Made by a program: the position numbers and the translations under genes
Notes under the pieces: generated by a model
The model's database searches: none
Told to the model about the DNA's origin: nothing
The model's input: only the letters and a program-made list of their open reading frames with translations
Origin: Eledone cirrhosa
Lineage: Eukaryota
Reading direction: 5' to 3'
NCBI GenBank assembly: GCA_964016885.1
Contig: OZ024743.1
Coordinates: forward strand, 52,576,001 to 52,640,000
Length of the DNA stretch: 64,000 nt
In this document: positions 52,935 to 64,000 of the stretch, in pieces
Layout: every line of letters starts with the position of its first letter
Position numbering within the stretch: the first letter of the stretch is position 1

Positions 52935-53680
52935 ATACCCTCTAACTAACACTTCTATATACATACTTGTGTATACATCTGTATTGTATATATACCCCCA
53001 ACTAACACCTCTATATACATACTTGTGTATACATCTATATAGTATATATACCCTCTAACTAACACCTCTATACATACTTGTGTATACATCTATATAGTTG
53101 TATACATCTCTATACTATATACATCTCATATATATAGTATAGAGAGGTGTATATTGTATAGAGATGTATATATACTATATAGATGTATACACAAGTATGT
53201 ACATAGAGGTGTTAGTATATATGCTATATAGATGCTATATATACAATATAGATATATACACAAGTATGTACATAGAGGTGTTAGTATATATGCTATATAG
53301 ATGCTATATATACTATATAAATGTATACACAAGTATGTACATAGGGGTGTTAGTATATATGCTATATAGATGCTATATATGCTATATAGATGTATACACA
53401 AGTATGTATATAGGGGTGTTAGTATATATGCTATATAGATGCTATATATGCTATATAGATGTATACACAAGTATGTATATACATCTATAAAGCATATATA
53501 GCATCTATATAGCATATATACTAACACCTCTATGTACATACTTGTGTATACATCTATAAAGCATATATAGCATCTATATAGCATATATACTAACACCTCT
53601 ATGTACATACTTGTGTATACATCTATATAGTATATATACATCTCTATACAATATACACCTCTCTATACTATATATACACC
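52935..53680. repeat. ~55-69-bp AT-rich satellite that switches orientation twice
   Basis: ctaacacctctatRtacatacttgtgtatacatctata reads forward in 52935-53130, reverse in 53135-53480 and forward in 53480-53680. Confidence 0.8.
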
Positions 53681-54359
53681 CATGTATATATAAAAGTGTG
53701 GCGGTAAGTGTTGATGTGTTAGTGTAAGAGATGTGTGGGCCTCCTGTGCTCTGGGCTATAGCAGGGTCCCACACCCTCCTTTCTCACATATGTAGGGCTC
53801 CCTTTGAGTAACATTTGAGGGCCCTTGCAGTAGTTTCAGCATTGTTTGTTCTTTCGGTAGATCTAGCAAACTGAATAAGAATTATTGGTATCACCCCCAG
53901 GGTCAGACCTTGAATGTTTTATATAGGATTCTCTTGACATATGTTGTGTGTGTGTGTGTATGTGTGTGTGAGAGAGTGTGTGAGAGCGTGTGTGTGTGTG
54001 TGTATGTATGTGTGTGAGTATGAGAGTGTGAGAGTGTGAGAGTGGGAGAGAAAGTGTGTTGGTGTGAGTGTGAGAGCGGGAGAGAGAGTGTGTGTGTGTG
54101 TGTATGTGTGAGAGTGTGTGTGTGTGTAGGTGTGTATGTGAGAGCGTGTGTATGTGTGAGTATGTGTGTGTGTGTATGTGTGTGTGTATGTGTGTGTGTG
54201 TATGTATGAGAGTGTGAGCGTGTGTGTGTTTGTGTGTATGTGTGTGTGTTTGTGTGTGTATGTGTGTGTGTGTGTGTGTGTGAGAGTGTATTGTGTGTGT
54301 GTATGTGTATGTGTGTGTGTGTGTGTGTATGTATGTGTGTATGTATGTGTGTGTGTGTG

Positions 54360-54405
<46 letters not shown>

Positions 54406-54414
54406 TGTGTGTGT

Positions 54415-54467
<53 letters not shown>

Positions 54468-54556
54468 GAAGGAAGTAGGGGAGACCATGACTAGGTCCAT
54501 GGGTGAGAGGTAATGTTTTGAGTGGGATTCTAATAACGTGTATCACTGTGAATTAA

Positions 54557-57500
54557 GTATATGTGTATATGTGTGTATGTCTGTGTGTATGTCAGTGTGT
54601 ATATGTGTGTATGTCAGTGTGTATATGTGTATATGTGTGTATGTCAGTGTGTATATGTGTGTATGTCAGTGTGTATATGTGTGTATGTCTGTGTATATGT
54701 GTGTATGTGTGTATGTCAGTGTGTATATGTGTGTATGTCTGTGTGTATATGTGTGTATGTCTGTGTGTATATGTGTATATGTTTGTATGTCTGTGTGTAT
54801 ATGTGTGTATGTCTGTGTGTATATGTGTATATGTTTGTATGTCTGTGTGTATATGTGTATATGTGTGTATGTCAGTGTGTATATGTGTGTATGTCAGTGT
54901 GTATATGTGTGTATGTCTGTGTGTATATGTGTATATGTTTGTATGTCTGTGTGTATATGTGTATATGTGTGTATGTCAGTGTGTATATGTGTGTATGTCA
55001 GTGTGTATATGTGTGTATGTCTGTGTGTATATGTGTATATGTGTGTATGTCAGTGTGTATATGTGTATATGTGTGTATGTCTGTGTGTATATGTGTATAT
55101 GTTTGTATATCTGTGTGTATATGTGTATATGTGTGTATGTCTGTGTGTATATGTGTGTATGTCTGTATGTCTGTGTGTATATGTGTATATGTGTGTATGT
55201 CTGTGTGTATATGTGTATATGTGTGTATGTCAGTGTGTATATGTGTATATGTGTGTATGTCTGTGTGTATATGTGTATATGTGTGTATGTCTGTGTATAT
55301 GTGTGTATGTCTGTGTGTATGTGTGTATATGTGTGTATGTCTGTGTGTATATGTGTATATGTGTGTATGTCTGTGTATATGTGTATATGTGTGTATGTCT
55401 GTGTGTATATGTGTGTATGTCTTTGTCTATATGTGTATATGTGTGTATGTCAGTGTGTATATGTGTATATGTGTGTATGTCTGTGTGTATATGTGTGTAT
55501 GTGTGTATGTCTGTGTGTATATGTGTGTATGTCTGTGTGTATATGTGTGTATGTGTGTATGTCAGTGTGTATATGTGTATATGTGTGTATGTCTGTGTAT
55601 ATATGTGTGTATATGTGTGTATATGTGTGTATATGTGTATATGTGTGTATGTCTGTGTGTATATGTGTGTATGTGTGTATGTCTGTGTGTATATGTGTGT
55701 ATGTCTGTGTGTATATGTGTGTATGTGTGTATGTCTGTGTGTATATGTGTATATGTGTGTATGTCTGTGTATATATGTGTATATGTGTGTATGTCTGTGT
55801 ATATATGTGTGTATGTCTGTGTGTATATGTGTATATGTGTATATGTGTGTGTATATGTGTATATGTGTGTATATGTGTGTATATGTGTATATGTGTGTAT
55901 GTCTGTGTGTATATGTGTATATGTGTGTATGTCTGTGTATATGTGTATATGTGTGTATGTCTGTGTGTATATGTGTGTATGTCTGTGTGTATATGTATAT
56001 ATGTTTGTATGTCTGTGTGTATATGTGTATATGTGTGTATCTCTGTGTGTATATGTGTATATGTGTGTATGTCTGTGTGTATATGTGTATATGTTTGTAT
56101 GTCTGTGTGTATATGTGTATATGTTTGTATGTCTGTGTGTATATGTGTATATGTGTGTATCTCTGTGTGTATATGTGTATATGTGTGTATGTCTGTGTGT
56201 ATATGTGTATATGTTTGTATCTCTGTGTGTATATGTATATATGTGTGTGTGTCTGTGTGTATATGTGTATATGTGTGTATGTCTGTGTGTATATGTGTAT
56301 ATGGGTGTGTGTCTGTGTGTATATGTGTATATGTGTGTATGTCTGTATGTATATGTGTATATGTGTGTATGTCTGTGTGTATATGTGTATATCTTTGTAT
56401 GTCTGTGTGTATATGTGTATATGTGTGTATGTCTGTGTATGTGTGTATGTCTGTGTGTATGTGTGTATATGTGTGTATGTCTGTGTGTATATGTGCATAT
56501 GTGTGTATGTCTGTGTATATGTGTATATGTGTGTATGTCTGTGTGTATATGTGTGTATGTCTGTGTGTATATGTGTATATGTGTGTATGTCAGTGTGTAT
56601 ATGTGTATATGTGTGTATGTCTGTGTGTATATGTGTGTATGTGTGTATGTCTGTGTGTATATGTGTGTATGTCTGTGTGTATATGTGTGTATGTGTGTAT
56701 GTCAGTGTGTATATGTGTATATGTGTGTATGTCTGTGTATATATGTGTATATGTGTGTATATGTGTGTATATGTGTATATGTGTGTATGTCTGTGTGTAT
56801 ATGTGTGTATGTGTGTATGTCTGTGTGTATATGTGTGTATGTCTGTGTGTATATGTGTGTATGTGTGTATGTCTGTGTGTATATGTGTATATGTGTGTAC
56901 GTCTGTGTATATATGTGTGTATGTCTGTGTGTATATGTGTATATGTGTATATGTGTGTGTATATGTGTATATGTGTGTATATGTGTGTATATGTGTATAT
57001 ATGTGTATGTCTGTGTGTATATGTGTATATCTGTGTATGTCTGTGTATATGTGTATATGTGTGTATGTCTGTGTATATGTGTGTATGTCTGTGTGTATAT
57101 GTATATATGTGTGTATGTCTGTGTGTATATGTGTATATGTGTGTGTGTCTGTGTGTATATGTGTATATGTGTGTATGTCAGTGTGTATGTCTGTGTGTAT
57201 ATGTGTATATGTGTGTATGTCTGTGTGTATATGTGTATATGTTTGTATGTCTGTGTGTATATGTGTATATGTGTGTATCTCTGTGTGTATATGTGTATAT
57301 GTGTGTATGTCTGTGTGTATATGTGTATATGTTTGTATGTCTGTGTGTATATGTATATATGTGTGTGTGTCTGTGTGTATATGTGTATATGTGTGTATGT
57401 CTGTGTGTATATGTGTATATGTGTGTGTGTCTGTGTGTATATGTGTGTATGTGTGTATGTCTGTGTGTATATGTGTATATGTGTGTATGTCTGTGTGTAT

Positions 57501-57605
57501 ATGTGTATATCTTTGTATGTATGTGTGTATATGTGTATATGTGTGTATGTCTGTGTGTATGTATGTATATGTGTGTATGTCTGTGTGTATGTATGTATGT
57601 GTATG
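54557..57605. repeat. ~3-kb satellite built from (TG/TA) dinucleotides, main unit ~30 bp
   Basis: Unit gtgtatatgtgtatatgtgtgtatgtctgt and variants; source of the 1000-aa C/V/Y/M ORFs. Confidence 0.95.
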
Positions 57606-57756
57606 CATATATATGAATCATATGGGAACATGCGATTATAAACAGGATGTCCCCCAAAAATATATACACATTTCAATATGCATTCTAATAAATATTGCCT
57701 GTACAGGTAATCAAAGTGTGTATACATCCTTTTGGAACACCTTGTGTGTGTGTATA

Positions 57757-58468
57757 TCATAATCTATAAAGCTCAGTGTGTGGTCATGCTCCTTCGTTAT
57801 AGAAATCTACGATATAGAATTTCTTCAATTGAAATTTACAATTCAGTAATCAAAATAGTTTCGATTGCGTCTTGACGCGGATCATTTTTTCAATTTCACC
57901 CACAATTACGCAAAAAATAGATAAAACTCAATATTTTACGATTTTTCTCTGTCATTTAAACTGCTAAACTCTTTCCACTACCATTCAAAATCTATACAAC
58001 TTCATACTTTCTGCTACTTTCTCTTTCCAAGCTTGATGGTGATACTGTCCGTTCACACCACTCCCTACTGTCTTAAATTTAGAAAACACATATCCTCTAT
58101 GAGGTTACTAAACCCGCTAGAAACAGCAGCTAACTCTCCCCCATATCACACCACTCCCTACTGTCTTAAATTTAGAAAACACACAGACAACCATGCAGAA
58201 CAACTCCATCGCAGCTCTGTTGTTCGGATGGCATCGTCTACGCGCGTGTTGCGCAAGTACTGTGAAACAATAAATTTCAACACTTTTTGCACAGAGATAA
58301 TATCCATAGGCGAAACTACAATTGTCACTGCTGGCGCAGCTCATGCTTCCAGGTCTGCAATTCATTCACCCAGTGCCTGGCAGACAAAAAAGTGGTGCCA
58401 TAAAATGGGTGGTGCAACCTAACTTTGGTAACTTAATGACCCCGAGCAACGCCGGGTTTTAATGCTAG
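57757..58468 (+). mobile_element. Non-autonomous Helitron
   Basis: A|TCATAATCTATAAAG start, cccgagcaacgccggg subterminal hairpin, CTAG|T end. Confidence 0.75.
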
Positions 58469-58483
58469 TATATATATATATAG

Positions 58484-58530
<47 letters not shown>

Positions 58531-58836
58531 TTTAATCGGGAGTAGCGACAGTATGTAAGGAATTCAATACATAAACAGTTCTAGTCCTGTAGAAACCATT
58601 TCTATATTAAATATATATATATTAGTATGGAGGCAGTCAAAACCAGTTAGACCATTACTCACCAGAATACTTGATACTGGCATAGTAGAGTGGGTAATAT
58701 GAAAAAGTTGGGATCCCGACGGCTGAGCTCCTGCCGTTTCAACAGCTAGATCCGAACTGATCTAGCTATTGAAACGGTCGGAGCTCAGCCGTCGGGGTCC
58801 CAACTTTTTCATATATATATAATATATATATATATT

Positions 58837-59533
58837 ATTAGGGTAAATATTGATGCAATTCAATTCAAGCACTCAACGTACTTTTTCCACATAGGAGTGA
58901 CGGAGTAAATATCGAATAAGGAAAAGCGAAGTAGTTTCAGATGTTCAAGTCCTTTAATAATAATGCTGTGATATATATTTCAATGACGACACTGGCCACA
59001 CTGTTCTGTGTGCGAGTGTCGTGGCATCATCAGACAGCTTGTTACCAATTCTCACTCTTAACTTCCAATGTAAAACCATGATACCTAGAATTAAGTTTAT
59101 TTTCTCTTATGAGTTGATGGTCAGTCGTACTGTCCACGCTTGGTGAGAGGTAGTATTGTGACCTGTAAAAACTGACACTCTCCCATCCCCTCTGGCTTTC
59201 GGCTGACTGCCACAGTCGGGATGGGTAGCAGTAAACTATGGTACAGGCCTAGGTGGGCCGTTGAATTTCGTTGAAATCTGCGCAGACCGGTGGGGGTGAA
59301 TTGGTACTCACAAGGGAACGGATGAAGAACCCAAAAGCACACACTTCATCCGTTCCTATGTCGATTCAATTTGGATTGCCTCGGAAACATAACCTTATTA
59401 TGTAACAAGCTGTCTGATGATGTCAAGACACTCGCACACAGAACAGTGTGGCCAGTGTCGTCATTGAAATATATATATCACAGCATTATTATTAAAGGAC
59501 TTGAACATCTGAAACTACTTCGCTTTTCCTTAT

Positions 59534-59540
<7 letters not shown>
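58837..59540. mobile_element. Inverted-repeat element (~135-bp arms, ~355-bp spacer) with hammerheads at 58965-59038 (-) and 59409-59484 (+)
   Basis: gctgt CTGATGA ..gacact..agtgtc.. GAAA tatata(ta) TC acagc on both strands; (TA)n flanks. Confidence 0.85.
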
Positions 59541-59570
<30 letters not shown>

Positions 59571-60320
59571 GGCACTTACTTAAATGTAAGTATGTATGTA
59601 TGTATACGTACATATATATATATATATATATGTATAAAGACGTACAGTAGTATGTATATATATATACATACATGCACACATATATATATAGGCACGTATC
59701 GGTTTACCGAACATTTATTATAATGCTCGGTTTGTTTGTTTGTAAAAGAACAAACAGCCCGAATTACGCCGTACAGTGTTTAGGCAACCACGTCACCTTT
59801 TTGTTCAACACTGACACAGGAACGATGTACTAGTCTCAAGCCTACTAGCTATCGTCAGCATCGTACACCCTCCTGCCAGACGGTTGAACGTCTGAAAGTA
59901 TATACTTTCCTTATGCATATTAACGGCTGAGCAGCCTAATTTGCATATCGAGTGAGTTCAGTCGGCCGGGCACACCGAAAACGATAAATGGAATAGAATG
60001 AAACGAAATTTCATTTCTCACTCTTAGTACGGCACATATATATATATATATATATATATATGTAGGAGGTGAGTTTTCTCTCTGAGAGACAGTGTTTCTC
60101 AGTTTTAAAGGCTACCTCTCTCTCTCTCTCACTCATTTCTCCTCCTCTCTCATCCTTCCGTCTTATACTCCTCCCCGTCATCCTTTATTTTCTTTCTTCC
60201 TCTTCCTTACCCCCCTCCTTTTTTCCCCAATCTCATATATCCATCTTACTTTATTTTTCATAGGTTGATTTAACACTTCACTGCTCGCAAGTGTTTTTTA
60301 AGCTTCATATCATGTCTCCC

Positions 60321-60391
60321 TATTTTATCTGATGAGAACGCAAATATCATCCCATGATGATATTTGTTTTTGAAATGCGCATAATAAAATA
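60321..60391 (+). ncRNA. Complete type-I hammerhead motif
   Basis: tattttat CTGATGA gaacgcaaatatcatc-ccat-gatgatatttgttttt GAAA tgcgca TA ataaaata: 8-bp stem I, long stem II, palindromic stem III ATGCGCAT; (TA)n 30 nt downstream. Confidence 0.88.
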
Positions 60392-60419
60392 CATGAAACT
60401 CTTTTAACCATCTTTTGAT

Positions 60420-60547
<128 letters not shown>

Positions 60548-60631
60548 TATATATATGTATATATATATATGTATATATATAGTAATAATAATAATAATAA
60601 ATTTGAAGACTAAAATATGTATAGAAACGAA

Positions 60632-60683
<52 letters not shown>

Positions 60684-60923
60684 GTATATATATATACTAA
60701 GTCTGATTCACCTTCTTGAGTCCTATTCTCCTCTCGGACTCAACTCACCTCCCCAATTTCTGTAATACCTCGTCCATTATTACACCCCTAGATTCCTAGC
60801 GCTTTCTCTTGATCATTAGCAGCTTCTCTTACTACTAATACATGTCTTATATTAACATACTTTTGCTCATAGCTTCGTACGGACGTATAATAACACACAC
60901 ACACACACTCACACACCCACACA

Positions 60924-61093
<170 letters not shown>

Positions 61094-61351
61094 CGTACGC
61101 ACGCACACACACACACAAACTCATACTTACGTATGTGCACAAGTATAGCTCTGTTTACAAAACGTTTTTTTCCAATTCAGGTAGACGCCTGCCATCATCC
61201 ACTTTTCTGAAAAAATAAATCTCACACAAAACGCCAGCACCAACAGTTTTGCAAGAGATGTCAACATGAATGGACCTGTTATTTTTATCTAAAGACATTT
61301 TTTCCAACTCCAACCCGCCCTTCCCCTCAATCTATCTTATTTCTCATTCAT

Positions 61352-61387
61352 TCTTCTGATGAAGGACCAGCGTCCGAAAAGTTAAGA
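61352..61387 (+). ncRNA. Minimal hammerhead motif with one stem III mismatch
   Basis: tctt CTGATGA a ggac-cagc-gtcc GAAA a GTT aaga. Confidence 0.55.
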
Positions 61388-61471
61388 CCCTCTTCCTGCT
61401 ATATCAAGCGTTAACCTAATATACCCCTTCCATATACTGTACCGATTGTGTTCTTATTTCTGTTTACCTTT

Positions 61472-61545
<74 letters not shown>

Positions 61546-61659
61546 TATATTGTTATACTTTGGGAGGGTCATGTTGCCAATAAGAAACACCAAAGTATAA
61601 CAATATCGGTTTCAACACACGATTCAGATAAAGAATCTTGCTAAACAAATTCAGAAACG

Positions 61660-61729
<70 letters not shown>

Positions 61730-61812
61730 AGATACACACACACACACACACGCGCACAATGGCCTACCGCAGTTTCCAAATTTCACTTACAAAAACACTT
61801 GGCCAAGGTAAA

Positions 61813-62218
61813 CGCTGTGGGGCTGACCAGCCCGAGACCACCTGGCTGTGGGACTGACCACCCAGAGACTACCTGGCTGTGGGACTGATCACCCCAAGAC
61901 CACCAGGCTGTGGGACTGACCACCCCGAGATTACCTGGCTGTGGGACTGACCACCCCGAGATTACCTGGCTGTGGGACTGACCACCCCGAGACCACCAGG
62001 CTGTGGGACTGACCACCCTGAAATCACCAGGCTGTGGGACGAACCACCCCGAGACTACTTGGCTGTGGGACTGACCTCAAGACCACCTGGCTGTGGGACT
62101 GACCTTAAGACCACCAGGCTGTGGGACTGCCTTAAGACCACCAGGCTGTGGGACTGACCTCAAGACCACCAGGCTGTGGGACTGACCTCAAGACCACCAG
62201 GCTGTGGGACTGACCACC
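61813..62218. repeat. GC-rich 31-bp then ~28-bp minisatellite
   Basis: Unit ggctgtgggactgaccaccccgagaccacct, shortened in the later copies. Confidence 0.9.
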
Positions 62219-62267
62219 AAATAAGCTGGCTTAACTATGTTCTTTATGCAGGAGATATTTTGAAATG

Positions 62268-64000
62268 TTCAATGTCTATGTCACATATTGATATAGACAT
62301 ACTATAGACAATGTCTATGTCACATGTTGATATAGACATACTATAGACAATGTCTATGTCATATATTGATATAGACATACTATAGACAATGTCTATGTCA
62401 CATATTGATATAGACATACTATAGACAATGTCTATGTCATATTGATATAGACATACTATAGACAATGTCTATGTCACATGTTGATATAGACATACTATAG
62501 ACAATGTCTATGTCATATATTGATATAGACATACAATAGACAATGTCTATGTCACATATTGATATAGACATACTATAGACAATGTCTATGTCATATATTG
62601 ATATAGACATACTATAGACAATGTCTATGTCATATTGATATAGACATACTATAGACAATGTCTATGTCATATTGATATAGACGTACTATAGACAATGTCT
62701 ATGTCATATATTGATATAGACATACTATAGACAATGTCTATGTCATATTGATATAGACATACTATAGACAATGTCTATGTCATATTGATATAGACATACT
62801 ATAGACAATGTCTATGTCATATTGATATAGACAAACTATAGACAATGTCTATGTCATATTGATATAGACATACTATAGACAATGTCTATGTCACATGTTG
62901 ATATAGACATACTATAGACAATGTCTATGTCATATATTGATATATACATACTATAGACAATGTCTATGTCACATATTGATATAGACATACTATAGACAAT
63001 GTCTATGTCATATATTGATATAGACATACTATAGACAATGTCTATGTCACATATTGATATAGACATACTATAGACAATGTCTATGTCACATATTGATATA
63101 GACATACTATAGACAATGTCTATGTCATATATTGATATAGACATACTATAGACAATGTCTATGTCACATATTGATATAGACATACTATAGACAATGTCTA
63201 TGTCACATATTGATATAGACAAACTATAGACAATGTCTATGTCATATATTGATATAGACATACTATAGACAATGTCTATGTCACATATTGATATAGACAT
63301 ACTATAGACAATGTTTATGTCACATATTGATATAGATATACTATATACAATGTCTATGTCACATGTTGATATAGACATACTATAGACAATGTCTATGTCA
63401 TATATTGATATAGACATACTATAGACAATGTCTATGTCACATATTGATATAGACATACTATAGACAATGTCTATGTCACATATTGATATAGACATACTAT
63501 AGACAATGTCTATGTCACATATTGATATAGACAGACTATAGACAATGTCTATGTCACATGTTGATATAGACATACTATAGACAATGTCTATGTCACATGT
63601 TGATATAGACATACTGTAGACAATGTCTATGTCATATATTGATATAGACATACTATAGACAATGTCTATGTCACATGTTGATATAGACATACTATAGACA
63701 ATGTCTATGTCATATATTGATATAGACATACTATAGACAATGTCTATGTCATATATTGATATAGACATACTATAGACAATGTCTATGTCACATGTTGATA
63801 TAGACATACTATAGACAATGTCTATGTCACATATTGATATAGACATACTATAGACAATGTCTGTGTCACATATTGATATAGACATACTATAGACGATGTC
63901 TATGTCATATATTGATATAGACATACTATAGACAATGTCTATGTCACATGTTGATATAGACATACTATAGACAATGTCTATGTCATATATTGATATAGAC
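62268..64000. repeat. 39/37-bp minisatellite whose unit is an imperfect hairpin; runs off the window
   Basis: Unit caatgtctatgtcacatattgatatagacatactataga; atgtctatgtca pairs with tgatatagacat. Confidence 0.95.

Noticed and set aside
54538-57762. ORFs over 1000 aa of C/V/Y/M or H/T/Y/I
   Set aside because: Translations of TG/TA satellite that lacks stop codons
59046-59400. Possible GIY-YIG C-terminal remnant (QLIRENKLNSR on the minus strand) next to the hammerhead arm
   Set aside because: Too short, with no upstream GIY/YIG motif in frame; needs a profile search
59815-59865. Minus-strand CTGACGA followed by a hairpin (similar cases at ~19815 and ~61650)
   Set aside because: No correctly placed GAAA/NUH or intact core
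62854-63963. 369-aa ORF of 13-aa repeats
   Set aside because: Product of the 39-bp unit; the frame breaks wherever 37-bp units occur

Overview
Eukaryotic, AT-rich, microsatellite-saturated animal DNA. The repeat landscape (tRNA-derived SINEs, long (TA)n/(CA)n tracts, RTE, Tx1 and R4 LINEs) suggests a coleoid cephalopod such as Octopus; this is an inference. The only host coding sequence I can support is the first coding exon (5982->5685, minus) of a secreted somatomedin-B/thrombospondin-1 domain protein (SBSPON/RPE-spondin-like). The rest is repeat-derived: a decayed L1/Tx1 LINE, an R4/Dong-like LINE, CRE-like LINE fragments, RTE ends, SINEs, non-autonomous Helitrons, MITEs and many mini/microsatellites. 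The main unexplained structure lies between ~17.5 and ~61.4 kb: about two dozen type-I hammerhead ribozyme (HHR) motifs, found by eye, in several sequence-unrelated, short non-coding elements. Nearly all sit in or against (TA)n tracts. Many form head-to-head palindromes or partial tandem repeats, most have a self-complementary stem III, two families carry the compensated U3-A8 core, and several share a TYGAGTRCT motif in a 3' extension. This looks like a dense, diverse population of non-autonomous Penelope-like/retrozyme elements. Ribozyme activity is untested.
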